Origin: Macrostomum lignano
Lineage: Eukaryota
Length of the DNA: 64,000 nt
Direction of reading: 5' to 3'
Assembly: GCA_002269645.1 (NCBI GenBank)
Contig: NIVC01001009.1
Span: forward strand, 1 to 64,000
The notes under the pieces are model-generated. The model did not search any database. It worked only from the letters and a program-made list of their open reading frames with translations, and was not told the DNA's origin. The position numbers and the translations under genes are program-made. This document shows, piece by piece, positions 51,601 through 64,000 of this stretch (the stretch's first letter is position 1; the number at the start of each line of letters is the position of its first letter).

Positions 51601-52999
51601 ACTCACCTCACTCTGCATTCAGTCACCCACCTCACTCTGCATTCAGACACCCACCTCACTCTGCATTCAGACACCCGACTCACTCCGCATTCAGACACCC
51701 ACCTCACTCCGCATTCAGACACCCGACTCACTCCGCATTCAGACACCCACCTCACTCCGCATTCAGACACCCACCTCAAGAAGTTTTCAGCCTCAAAAAC
51801 CAATAACCCACCTGAAGAAGAGAAATCGTCTCAGCTCGCCAGCCTCGTCAAACACAATTGTTTGTAGCCGACAATAAAGCCCCGGCAACAACTGAGTATC
51901 GTAATTTTCCAACAGGTAGACATAATCGTAATAAAACAGATGAACAGCCAAATCTCTGGCTGACTGGCTAGCTAACAATTCTGCAATCAGATCGACAAGT
52001 TTGTTGTCTAACGCTTTCGACGGTTCGTCAAGAAATTGGAAATTATGCAGCTCCGGGAACAGCATCGACCGAGACATGGCGTACTGCCACTGATTGGCCA
52101 GCTGCCAAGACCCCGAGCCAGTAGCTGAGGAAGGTGCCTGACCACCGCTGCTGCCTGCTGTTCCCGACAAGTCGGCGTAGACACCGCTAGTCACCATAGA
52201 TGACGTCATCAATAGGAGGGACTCAGCCGGGCGGGACATGTCCAGGTAGGGCGCCAGGGCCGGGTCCACCCGCTCGGCCGGGTACAGGACATTGAGCTGG
52301 GCCGGATCTGTGTAGTCTCGACCGTCGTCTTCGTACAAAGCGGTGTTCGTGATGGCCACCTGACGAGGGTAAGTTTAGGGGCGATTCTCCGGTGATATTG
52401 AGGACGATTCTCGGGTGAGATTGGGGGCGATTCTCCGGTGAGATTGGGGACGATTCTCAGGTGAGATTGGGGACGATTCTCAGGTGAGATTGGGAGAGGT
52501 TTTCAGGCGTCCTCAGGCGTCCTCAGGTGAAGTTAGGAGAGGTTCTCAGGTGAGATTGGAGGCCATTCTTAGGTGGGTTTATGGGCAATTTGAAGAAGGT
52601 GGAGGGGATTCTTATTTAGAACGAGTGTCATGATTTATACAATCTATACTGAATTCAGGTCCAAAAGTAAAAACAAATCACCATTGGCTTAGAGGTGGTT
52701 GCCTTAGCAACTGAGGGCTGACGTCGCAGCCCCCTGGCAATCCGGCGCTTCCGCTCCTCTTCAGCGGTGTCGTCCTTAATTGACGGCTTTGCCGCCACCA
52801 AGCCGGTCGAACCGACACCTTCCGAATGCACCTTCGAGCAGGACGACGCCGCATTGCCTGCGTCAGCGGCTCCGACGTCTTCGCAGCTGCGGCTGGTCAT
52901 GCGAACGAACTGCACCCGCCGGTGACCGCGAGCGCCACGGTCCACAGGCTCGGGAGACTCGGCGTCCCCAACATCCGTAAAGCTCTCGGAGCGGATCAT
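48605..52999 (-). CDS. BCAR3/SH2D3 (NSP family)-like protein with CDC25/RasGEF-like domain, 4 exons, about 508 aa; no SH2 exon found
   Basis: Phase-consistent exons 52999-52682, 52359-51812, 51027-50859 and 49096-48605. Segments ARDLAVHL..D, ELRRFLFFRH..RERVKLL..WI, DLFAYRSVLMAL...QV..L..SW and EIFSSETLLKVL parallel the recalled BCAR3/SH2D3C segments ARTLARHV..D, QLRLDLLERF..EERAALL, NMFSFAAVMGAL..AQISRLEQTW and EVFSTEFQMRLL. Confidence 0.72.
49077..50585. repeat. 46-bp minisatellite, about 33 copies, each containing the 3' splice junction of the last BCAR3-like exon
   Basis: Minus-strand unit aatagcttcccttatcttgaatgcag|GTACTCTCGCTGACTCACTC; the upper-case part equals the first 20 nt of the exon. 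Confidence 0.96.
51077..51778. repeat. 24-bp minisatellite, about 29 copies (ACTCCGCATTCAGACACCCACCTC)
   Basis: Fills intron 51028-51811 of the BCAR3-like gene. Confidence 0.95.
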
Positions 53000-53224
53000 A
53001 ACTTGCGTACTGCTATGGGGATAATTATCCCAATAAGCAGATGAGGTGGATCAGCGAGGCTCGCTGATTTGTTGCCAAGCCGGGGTTCTCATGCAACGAA
53101 GCGAATCAGTGTTTTTCAGTTTTTATTTATTGCTTAAAACTTAAACTAATTGAGCATTTTCATCTGTTTACGGCAAATGGATATACGGTATTGACAATTG
53201 CAGATTTTGAAAATCTCGGGTAAA

Positions 53225-54170
53225 TCTAGGGGATAGATTGATAGTCTAGGGAATTGACTGATGATTTAGGGGATAGATGATAGTCTAGGGAATAGACTGA
53301 TGATCTAGGGGATAGATTGATAGTCTAGGGAATAGACTGATGATCTAGGGGATAGATGATAGTCTAGGGAATAGACTGATGCTCTAGGGAATAGATTGAT
53401 GATCTATTGGATAGATTGATGATTTAGGGAATATATTAAAGATCTCGGGGAAAAATTGATAGTCTAGGGAATAGACTGATGGTCTAGGGAATAGATTGAT
53501 GATCTATGGGATAGTACGATTATCTATGGGATAGTTCGATGATCCTGGGGGATAGATTGATGCTCAAGGGGGATAGATCAAAGATCTTGGGGATATATTG
53601 ATGATCTAGAGGATAGATTGATGATCCAGGGGGATAGATCAAAGATCTAGGGATATATTGGTGATCTAGGGGGATATATAGGTGATCTAGGGGGATAGAT
53701 TAAAGATCCATGGGGATAGATTAATAATCTAGGGGGATAGATTAAAGATCTAAGGGATATATTGATGCTCTAGGGGGTTAGATCAAAGATCTAGGGGATA
53801 GATGAATGATCTAGGGGGATAGATCAAAGATCTAGAGGATTATATTGATGATCTAGAGGGTTAGATCAAAGATCTAGGGGATATATTAATGATATAGAGG
53901 ATAGATTGGCGATCTAGGGGGATATATAGGTGATCTAGGGGGATAGATTAAAGATCCATGGGGATAGATTAATAATCTAGGGGGATAGATTAAAGATCTA
54001 AGGGATATATTGATGCTCTAGGGGGTTAGATCAAAGATCTAGGGGATAGATGAATGATCTAGGGGGATAGATCAAAGATCTAGAGGATTATATTGATGAT
54101 CTAGAGGGTTAGATCAAAGATCTAGGGGATATATTAATGATATAGAGGATAGATTGGCGATCTAGGGGAT
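53225..54170. repeat. Degenerate ~20-bp repeat (GATGATCTAGGGGATAGATT) with an internal ~250-bp duplication
   Basis: Visible units; the block starting near 53670 recurs near 53920. Confidence 0.85.
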
Positions 54171-54419
54171 AGAAATTATCTAGGCGCTAGACAGATCATC
54201 TATATATTTTTGCTTAACTGACGCTACTAACAGTAACTATGTTTGCAGCGCAATATAACGTGAAAATAGAACTGTAGAAATACATGTAGGAATATAACTT
54301 TTATTCAAATCCATTTTTTTACTTCTTAACATGTCAATCTAAATAATGAATACACTTTATAACCATTTTAGCTAATAAAGCATTTCATTCAATTCATCAG
54401 CTGCACGTATTTCTGCCGC

Positions 54420-56200
54420 AGAGGGCAAGGAATAAAGGGTCTGGGAGGGGAAGCAATGAAGGGTCTGGGAGGGGAAGGAATGAAGGGTCTGAGAGGGGAA
54501 GGAATGAAGGGTCTGGGAAGGGAAGGAATGAAGGGTCTGGGAGGGGAAGGAATGAAGGGTCTGGGAGGGGAAGGAATGAAAGGTCTGAAAGGGCAAGGAA
54601 TAAGGATTCTGAGAGGGCAAGGAATGAAGGGTCTGGGAGGGGAAGCAATGAAGGGTCTGGGAGGGGAAGTAATGAAGGGTCTGGGAAGGCTAGGAATAAA
54701 GGGTCTGGGAGGGGAAGGAATGAAGGGTCTGGGAGGGGAACGAATGAAGGGTCTGGGAAGGGAAGGAATGAAGGGTCTGGGAGGGGAAGGAATGAAGGGT
54801 CTGGGAGGGGAAGGAATGAAGGGTCTGGGAGGGGAAGGAATGAAGGGTCTGAAAGGGCAAGGAATAAGGATTCTGAGAGGGCAAGGAATGAAGGGTCTGG
54901 GAGGGGAAGCAATGAAGGGTCTGGGAGGGGAAGGAATGAAGGGTCTGAGAGGGCAAGGAATGAAGGGTCTGGGAGGGGAAGGAATGAAGGGTCTGGGAGG
55001 GGAAGGAATAAAGGGTCTGGGAGGGGAAGGAATGAAGGGTCTGGGAGGGGAACGAATGAAGGGTCTGGGAAGGGAAGGAATGAAGGGTCTGGGAGGGGAA
55101 GGAATGAAGGGTCTGGGAGGGGAAGGAATGAAGGGTCTGAAAGGGCAAGGAATAAGGATTCTGAGAGGGCAAGGAATGAGGGGTCTGGGAGGGGAAGGAA
55201 TGAAGGGTCTGAGAGGGCAAGGAATGAAGGGTCTGGGAGGGGAAGGAATGAAGGGTCTGGGAGGGCAAGGAATGAAAGGTCTAAGAGGGCAAGGAATGAA
55301 GGGTCTGGGAGGGGAACGAATGAAGGGTCTGGGAGGGGAAGGAATGAAGGGTCTGGGAGGGCAAGGAATGAAAGGTCTGAGAGGGCAAGGAATGAAGGGT
55401 CTGGGAGGGGAACGAATGAAGGGTCTGGGAAGGGAAGGAATAAAGGGTCTGGGAGGGCAAGGAATGAAGGGTCTGGGGAGGTAGGGAATGGTCTGGGAAG
55501 GGACAGAATGAAGGGTCTGAGAGGGCAACGAATGAAGGGTCTGGGAGGGGAAGGAATGAAGGGTCTGGGAGGGCTAGGAATAAAGGGTCTGGGAGGGCAA
55601 GGAATGAAGGGTCTGGGAGGGGAAGGAATGAAAGGTCTGGGAGGGCTAGGAATAAAGGGTCTGGGAGGGGAAGGAATGAAGGGTCTGAGAGGGCAAAGAA
55701 TGAAGGGTCTGGGAGGGGAAGGAATGAAGGGTCTGGGAGGGGAAGGAATGAAGGGTCTGGGAGGGAAGGAATGAAGGGTCTGGGAGGGCAAGGAATGAAG
55801 GGTCTGGGGAGGTAGGGAATGGTCTGGGAAGGGACAGAATGAAGGGTCTGAGAGGGCAAGGAATGAAGGGTCTGGGAGGGGAACGAATGAAGGGTCTGGG
55901 AAGGGAAGGAATAAAGGGTCTGGGAGGGCAAGGAATGAAGGGTCTGGGGAGGTAGGGAATGGTCTGGGAAGGGACAAAATGAAGGGTCTGAGAGGGCAAG
56001 GAATGAAGGGTCTGGGAGGGCAAGGAATGAAGGGTCTGGGAGGGCTAGGAATGAAGGGTCTGGGAGGGGAAGGAATGAAGGGTCTGGGAAAAGACAGAAG
56101 GAAGGGTCTGGGGAGGTAGGGAATGGTCTGGGAAGGGACAGAATGAAGGGTCTGGGAGTCTGGGAAGGGATGAATTGAATGAAGGGCCTGGGAAGGGAAG
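54420..56200. repeat. 24-bp purine/G-rich minisatellite (GGGTCTGGGAGGGGAAGGAATGAA), about 74 copies
   Basis: Source of the 342-627 aa periodic ORFs. Confidence 0.95.
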
Positions 56201-56929
56201 GAATGACTTATATGGTAATCAAAATCTCCCATGTAAGAAATGTAACCAGGAAGTACAAAGAATCGATACAAAGACAACAAAAGTAAAACGAAAAGTTAAA
56301 CAATATTATGATTGCATTTATTTTTAGTAAATCAGCTTATTCAACATTTGAAAGGCGCAGAAATATATAATTATATACATAAGCAAAATCGGCAGGTAGA
56401 GAAATTTCAGATTGAAAAATTTATCTGAATTACGGCTTAAAAATCAATACAAAACTATCATTGGAACCCAAATAAAAATTGAAAAGTAAAGATCGTAGGT
56501 CCCATGAGTAGTGATTGAGTAGGTTGCGGCTGCATGCTAATCATTTATTAAATAATAAATGAATAGTGCATACGACAAACTTTGAGACAGACAACAAAAA
56601 GGATTATATATGAGATTTAATGAACAGGAGCTACTGTGGTGTACAGCAGAGCATGCAAGATATTGTACAAATATGACGAAACTGATATGAAACACGCAAA
56701 ATACGACTATCGGTTTAAATAATTATCTGGCTAGTTCTCTTGTAAACTATCTGCTCAAATACGAGTACAAATTAATCAAAAAGAACTGGTCAATGAAAAC
56801 ATCAAAAGAATATAAGTTTAGCAAGGTCTGCTAAATAAACCAGCTCGAGAGGGTGGTAAACACACGAATCTGGTAGCCAGATAAACACATACCCTCTGCG
56901 AGATTAGTACAACTGTCAGTTAAATAAAC

Positions 56930-58368
56930 ATAAGCTTTCTAGCAAGATAAACACACGTCTAACCTAGACAAACACATGACTGTCAGATGAATAAACAGTG
57001 TCATCTAGATAAACACACACCTGCTAGCAAGATAAGCACACGTGTAACCTAGACAAACACATGACTGCCAGATGAATAAACAGTGTCATCTAGATAAACA
57101 CACATGCCAGCAAGATAAACACACGTCTAACCTAGACAAACACATGACTGCCAGATGAATAAACAGTGTCATCTAGATAAACACACATGCCAGCAAGATA
57201 AACACACGTGTAACCTAGACAAACACATGACTGCCAGATGAATAAACAGTGTCATCTAGATAAACACACATGCCAGCAAGATAAACACACGTGTAACCTA
57301 GACAAACACATGACTGCCAGATGAATAAACAGTGTCATCTAGATAAACACACATGCCAGCAAGATAAAAACACGTCTAATCTAGACAAACACATGACTGC
57401 CAGATGAATAAACAGTGTCATCTAGATAAACACACATGCCAGCAAGATAAACACACGTCTAACCTAGACAAACACATGACTGCCAGATGAATAAACAGTG
57501 TCATCTAGATAAACACACATGCCAGCAAGATAAACACACGTCTAACCTAGACAAACACATGACTGCCAGATGAATAAACAGTGTCATCTAGATAAACACA
57601 CACCTGCTAGCAAGATAAGCACACGTGTAACCTAGACAAACACATGACTGCCAGATGAATAAACAGTGTCATCTAGATAAACACACATGCCAGCAAGATA
57701 AACACACGTGTAACCTAGACAAACACATGACTGCCAGATGAATAAACAGTGTCATCTAGATAAACACACATGCCAGCAAGATAAACACACGTGTAACCTA
57801 GACAAACACATGACTGCCAGATGAATAAACAGTGTCATCTAGATAAACACACATGCCAGCAAGATAAACACACGTCTAACCTAGACAAACACATGACTGC
57901 CAGATGAATAAACAGTGTCATCTAGATAAACACACATGCCAGCAAGATAAACACACGTGTAACCTAGACAAACACATGACTGCCAGATGAATAAACAGTG
58001 TCATCTAGATAAACACACATGCCAGCAAGATAAACACACGTCTAACATAGACAAACACATGACTGCCAGATGAATAAACAGTGTCATCTAGATAAACACA
58101 CATGCCAGCAAGATAAACACACGTCTAACCTAGACAAACACATGACTGCCAGATGAATAAACAGTGTCATCTAGATAAACACACATGCCAGCAAGATAAA
58201 CACACGTCTAACCTAGACAAACACATGACTGCCAGATGAATAAACAGTGTCATCTAGATAAACACACATGCCAGCAAGATAAACACACGTCTAACCTAGA
58301 CAAACACATGACTGCCAGATGAATAAACAGTGTCATCTAGATAAACACACATGCCAGCAAGATAAGCA
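56930..58368. repeat. 83-bp repeat, about 17 copies, built from four ~20-bp AGATAAACACAC-like subunits
   Basis: Period checked (57421 to 57504); ends about 10 nt from the KLHL stop codon. Confidence 0.95.
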
Positions 58369-58377
58369 CAAAAGCCG

Positions 58378-61300
58378 TCAAGCGGCAGCAAAAGCCACAG
58401 CAGCGGCGCCAGCCCTGCCGCTGGGCAGTGTGGCCCCGCTGGACCACCTGGCGGTGGCAGGATCGTACAGGTCCACGCAGTCGCAGTGAGTGGTGCCGTC
58501 GTAACCACCGCAGACGACAAGCAAGCTGCCCAGAGCACCAACGGCGGCCGCCTCTCTTGGAGAGCTTAGCGAAGCCAGCAAAGTCCATTGGTCGGTGAGT
58601 GGGTCGTAGCGTTCCACGCAAGCGAATCGTTTAGCGCTGGGATTCGAACTCGGGGCGTCGTGACCACCTACTGCGTAGATGTGGTCACCTAGCGCGGAGA
58701 CTCCGGCGCCACCGCGCCGTTTTAATAATGGCGCGCAGAGAGACCAGCGCTGGCTGTGAGGATTGAAGCTCTCAACCTGGATTGGGAACAGTTTTGAATA
58801 GTTTCAGGCCGATTGTCTAGGATATAGAGGCGATTTCTAGGATGTAAGTCGATTTCTAGGATGTTAAGGCGATTGTCTAGGATCTGTAAAGAGATTGTCT
58901 AAGATGTAGGGCGATTTTTAGGATGCAAAGGCGACTGTCTAGTATGTAGGGCGATTGTCTAGGATGTAGCGCGTTGGGCCATCCCACACAACATAAAAAC
59001 CTTACGCAACCCAAAGCCAATTCCAATTCCAATCAACATAAAAACCTTACGCCACCCAAAGCCAATTCCAAACTAAATAAAAACCTATGCTAACCTTAAA
59101 TTCATGCAAACCCATCACTAACTCAGCTCGGACTGCATATCCCGCACTGCACTATAAACAAAAGCATAAGAAGCCAGCAAGACACTTACAGTTTTCAAAC
59201 AAGAGGACCCATCCCTGCCGCCAACAGCGTACAGCCTGCCGTGCAGGGCGGCCACGCCAACAGTAGACCTAGGCAGCGACATTGGACTAACATAAGACCA
59301 AGACTTGGCCCCGGTGTCCCAGCGCTCGACAGTGTTCAAATAGGACCAACCATCGTGACCACCGATCGCGTAGACAACGCCAGCCAAGATGCCAACGCCC
59401 AGGCCGTGCCTGTGAGTGTTCATGCTCTGCAAGCTGGTCCAAGCAATCGGGCCGCCGCCACTGCCGCTCAGATTGGCGCAGATCACCGAACTAGTAGTCT
59501 TCAGGCCGTCCCGACCTCCCACTACTATTATTCTATTGTCAGGCAGACAGGCGACTCCGAACTGCAGCCGTGGACTATCCAGCTGGCCAGCCGGGCACCA
59601 TTTATTAATAAACGGATCGTAGGCAAGAATCTCCGTCAATGGCGTATCGGCTACGCCTCCTAGAAGCAGCAATTTACCGACTGTGGACAGTCTAGGCCTA
59701 GGACAGGCGTGCTGCAATTGCAGCTGAGGCCTGAGCTGATGCCTGTAAGCTTGCAAAACCTGGCGCAGGCACACGGCGCAGTCCCTAACTAACGGATGAG
59801 ATTCGACGCGATTAGCCAGGTAATCTGGCGGCAGCCGGCACAGGCGTACAGTCTGCAGAGCTCTGGGGAAATCTGCCCGACGTTGCGCAAGATCCGAGTC
59901 GCACCATTTCAAAATGGCCTCGAATACGACTGATTCGTTGGCTACTCTGAGCTCGTCTGAGTCCAACAATGCCACTAGTTCGTCAATTGACAGGCCTAAG
60001 AATTCCTGGTGCATTAGTACAGATGGGAAATTGGCTACAGCGAAGGCTGACGCAGCCTGTTGCAGTTTGGAACAGTTGCGCAGCGCAGCGAATTGCCCAA
60101 TGCCTAAACAGTTGGATGCGTGCAGCTGCTTGGCCAGGTACTGGGAGGCCGCGTCAATCACGGCACGGATCTGGAGCAGGCAGGCGGCTGATAGAAGCGA
60201 CTCAACATTGTCCTGGCCCAGCTGCAGGGTGCCTGGAGTGCGCCATGGTGGTATTTTTTTAATTCTTACACTCTGTCGTTTATCTCATATACTCCATCTA
60301 ATGGCTCTCCCTTTATCAGAGCCCTTACACTTAATCTCATCTATCCTATACCATCTCAGATTTCTCGATCTTTGTCTTATCGCACCCTCATGCTTTATCT
60401 CAGATCTCACTCATATATTTACGCTCGTAATCTTAACGGTGAATTTCCTAATTCATACTTAATCCCAATAGCCAGAGACTCGCACCAGTGTACAGGAAGC
60501 TGACGCACTGCCTCAGCGCTTCCGGTTCAACCTCGTGCAGCGCCACCTCAGAAGCGGCCGCTTCGCTCATTCTGCCCTGAAACATGGCCCGGAAGTAGTC
60601 CGAACCGGCGCTTAATACCAGCTTGTGCGCCGGGATGCGCAGGCAGGTGGATTGCACCGAACCCGAACCGGCTGCGTCACTGCCCGAGTCTGCGTAGGCT
60701 ATCAGGGTGACGTCAGTGAGAGCTTCGTCCGACCAGCAGGCGGCCATTTGTCTGCGGAGAGACCGGGCAAAGCATAGGTCAGGACAAGGAAAGCTCAGTG
60801 GGAGGTACGGATTCATCTCAATGAGTTAGTCGGTCGGGATCCCTAATCCGGTAGGTCAAAGTGGATCAGGTCAGTTCGAAGTTCGAATTGGATCAGGTCA
60901 TTTCAAAGTGGGTCAGGTCAGTTCAAACTTCAAAGTGGGTCAGGTCATTTCAAAGTGGGTCAGATCAGTTCAAACTTCAAAGTGGGTCAGGCCAGTTCAA
61001 AGTGAGGCAAGTCAGTTCAAAGTGAGGCAATCAGTTCAAAGTAGGTCAGATCAGTTTGAAGTGGGTCAGGTCATTGAAAGTGGGTCAGGTCATTTCAAAG
61101 TTCGAATTGGATCAGGTCATTTCAAAGTTCGAATTGGATCAGGTCATTTCAAAGTTCGAATTGGATCAGGTCAGTTCAAATTGGATCAGGTCATTTCAAA
61201 GTGGGTCAGGTCAGTTCAAACTTCAAAGTGGGTCAGGTCATTTCAGAGTGGGTCAGATCAGTTCAAACTTCAAAGTGGGTCAGGCCAGTTCAAAGTGAGG

Positions 61301-63132
61301 CAAGTCAGTTCAAAGTGAGGCAATCAGTTCAAAGTGGGTCAGATCAGTTTGAAGTGGGTCAGGTCATTGAAAGTGGGTCAGGTCATTTCAAAGTGGGTCA
61401 GGTCAGTTCAAAGTGAGACAAGTCAGTTCAAAGTGAGGCAAGTTAGTTCAAAGTGGGTCAGATCAGTTCAAAGTGGGTCAGGTTATTTCAAAGTTATTCA
61501 GGTCATTTTAAAGTGGGTCCGGTCATTTTAAAGTGGGTCAGGTCATTTCAAAGTGGGTCAGATCAGTTCAAACTTCAAAGTGGGTCAAGTCATTTCAAAG
61601 TGGGTCAGGTCATTTCAAAGTGGGTCAGATCAGTTCAAACTTCAAAGTGGGTCAAGTCATTTCAAAGTGGGTCAGGTCATTTCAAAGTGGGTCAGATCAT
61701 TTCAAAGTGGGTCAGGTCAGTTCAAAAGGAGGCAAGCCAGTTCAAAGTGGGTCAGGTCATTTCAAAGTGGGTCAGGTCAGTTCAAAGTGAGACAAGTCAG
61801 TTCAAAGTGAGGCAAGTTAGTTCAAAGTGGGTCAGATCATTTCAAAGTGGGTCAGGTCATTTTAAAGTTATTCAGGTCATTTTAAAGTGGGTCAGGTCAT
61901 TTTAAAGTGGGTCAGGTTTTTTAAAAAAAGGTGGCCAGGTCATTTGAAAGTGGGTCAGGTCAGTTCAAAGTGAGGCAAGTCAGTTCAAAGTGGGTCAGGT
62001 CAGGTCAAAGCGGGCCAGACCAGTTCAAAGTTGATCAGGTCAGTTCAAAGCAGATCAGGTTCAGTTCAGTGTGTGAGCAAGAGTGCTCACTGCTAAATGA
62101 TCAGGCCAGACACAAATTGCAATCACCTCAGCAACCGATCCGGATGCTCAACATCCGTCACCAGATCAACGATAGCCGAATCCGAATCGCTCTGATTGTC
62201 AGTTGCAGTTTCACTTGGCTGGAGGCCGCATTCAATCATGTCTGACCGTACTGGCGATGACGGTGCAACAGCCTGCGCTCTCAATTGTAAGGGCTGCGGC
62301 AGTGTGCGCTGACTCTCCGCTGCATTGGCTGGCAGGCTGCGACTAGCCGAGTGATTGGCAGCCAGTGACAGGTAGCTGGCAGGTTAGAGGGGCGAGTCCG
62401 TGTTACAGGGGTAAGGTTTCAAGTGCGAACTTCGATTCTACTTCTATTGAAGTAATGTACATCTATTTTAAGTCTAACTTTATGAAATATCTTCAGTCTA
62501 GTTCTGTGTCTATTCTCAGCCTAGTTCTGTGTCTATTCTCAGCCTAGTTCTGTGTCTATTCTAAGCCTAATTCTGTGCATCTATTCTCAGCCTAATTCTG
62601 TGTCTATTCTCAGCCTAATTCTGTGTCTATTCTCAGCCTAATTCTGTGCATCGATTCTCAGCGTAATTCTATGTCTATTCCCAGCCTAATGATGTCTATT
62701 CTCGGTCTAATTCTGTGTCTAAATATCTGTAGGTCATAGTCTCCATCTTACAGTCTTCATCCCATAGCTTCATCCTATGACACTTTGTAAATGGATGATT
62801 AAGGATATTCAAAATAGATGTAAATGCTCCGAATAAATTTATACGAATGATGACGCGGAGTGAATCATACAAAACTAAGGATAATATGGACTAACTGAAT
62901 GAGGGAACCATATCTGAGTAAGGACAATGGTTCCAGTATTAACTAGTCTAATGTTAACAAAGGAAAACGTTGGGGCTCGTAAATTACGCTTAATGCAATT
63001 TACTTGAGTTTTCAGGTTTGCTAGTTTACGTACATGAATCGCATTTTGAGATTACTGTTAGATCGCTTTATCATATCCCCTAATTGTTCGCTTTTCTAAA
63101 TATAGCTAAAAAGTCATTGATTTTCTGGCCAG

Positions 63133-63201
<69 letters not shown>

Positions 63202-63209
63202 TTATCTAT

Positions 63210-63279
<70 letters not shown>

Positions 63280-63756
63280 CTCTCTCTATCTATCTATCTA
63301 TCTATAACAAACAAAGTATTATGCAGGACTTTAGAAGAAACAGAAATTCATTACTCTCCAGGTAATTCAGCTTGAAGGCCCAGTAAATATGAAAACAGAC
63401 ATTGACTATTAATGAATTGCTGTTTCGCATTGACTCCCGCTCCAGCACTAGTCTCGCATGGAATTACAGAGTCAAGAGATTGTCAACATTTCTGTCCTAT
63501 TGGCATTGAGTGCAAGCATTTCGCCTATTTGCTAATCGGAAAGCCTCCGTAGCCTCTGGAAATGTCATGCAGATTTATGCCAAGTCGCATGCATGCATGC
63601 AAGTCCCTCTGATCCATTATTAGCAACGAAATGTGAAACCAGGGCCCTGCTCCATAGCCCCATGACTGGTGGGCCATTGAAAAGCAACAGATCATTTGGA
63701 CTGGCTAAATAAAGCAAAGCAACTTACCCAACCAGTTGCAGGTAGGTTTTCGACAT
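58378..63756 (-). CDS. KLHL5-like: BTB-BACK-Kelch protein of the KLHL1/4/5 group, about 661 aa
   Basis: Phase-consistent exons 63756-63728 (least certain), 62375-62127, 60751-60486, 60232-59190 and 58776-58378. Diagnostic stretches RLQFGVA, GGRDGLKT, THRHGLGV, GGHDGWSYLNTVERWD, RSTVGVA, GGRDGSSCLK and GGHDAP are essentially as in KLHL5. Confidence 0.92.
60862..62060. repeat. Degenerate ~20-bp minisatellite (GTGGGTCAGGTCATTTCAAA) filling a KLHL intron
   Basis: Visible units; source of the many ORFs at 60908-62245. Confidence 0.92.
62500..62720. repeat. 23-bp minisatellite (TTCTGTGTCTATTCTCAGCCTAA)
   Basis: About 9 degenerate copies in a KLHL intron. Confidence 0.85.
63133..63303. repeat. (TATC)n microsatellite
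   Basis: Directly visible. Confidence 0.97.
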
Positions 63757-64000
63757 CAAAGAGAATAATCTGAGCTTTTCCCTATGCCTATTATATACCT
63801 TTATCCCGACTTAGGCCTACTCAAAAACTGAGCAGCGAGAAGGAAAGTCTTTGTATAAAGCCACGGCGAGACTTGACCTGTACTCACTACCTTTATAAGG
63901 GATGTTGCCTTTGCCTTGAGGCAAAACTGCGGCAAACACATAGGTGACAGAGAGAAGCGGAAAAGCTAGACAGACGAGCCGGGCAAAGGAGCGGAGGACT

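Noticed and set aside
54372-56280. Long periodic ORFs (627, 379, 342 aa; also 50908, 46032, 33390, 20400, 17264, 15368, 44488)
   Set aside because: They are translations of tandem repeats whose unit is stop-free; most lie inside introns of well-supported genes.
58378-63756. Kelch gene as a RAG2-like partner of the RAG1-like transposase
   Set aside because: It lies about 17 kb outside the TIRs, has BTB and BACK domains and canonical KLHL5 repeats, and has no PHD. No kelch-like ORF exists inside 37832-41660.

Overview
Eukaryotic (invertebrate metazoan) genomic DNA with GT-AG introns and many unrelated minisatellites (about 27 kb, roughly 40% of the window, by hand estimate). The style resembles Macrostomum-type flatworm DNA; this is inference only. 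Genes assembled by hand: 3' end of a CCDC191-like gene (+), TMEM86/YhhN lysoplasmalogenase (-), 7-exon SLC35F3/F4-like transporter (+), 3-exon GPI-anchored Ly6/quiver-like protein (+), intronless IFT27 (-), a divergent uncharacterised gene (+), a BCAR3/SH2D3-like RasGEF-fold gene with no visible SH2 exon (-), and KLHL5-like (-). The main discovery is a complete 3,829-bp DNA transposon (37832-41660). It has gapless 125-bp CAC-terminated inverted repeats and a perfect 5-bp target duplication (GGGTA). Its single reading frame carries a RAG1 N-terminal-like zinc finger and a RAG1-core/Transib-like DDE domain, interrupted by one in-frame TGA. Also notable: a ~33-copy array of an amplified 3' splice junction, a decoy 5' splice-site array, a 273-bp element in tandem inside (GATA)n, and two fold-back MITE-like elements. 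No CRISPR array, rRNA or tRNA was found. Most long ORFs in the supplied track are repeat artefacts.
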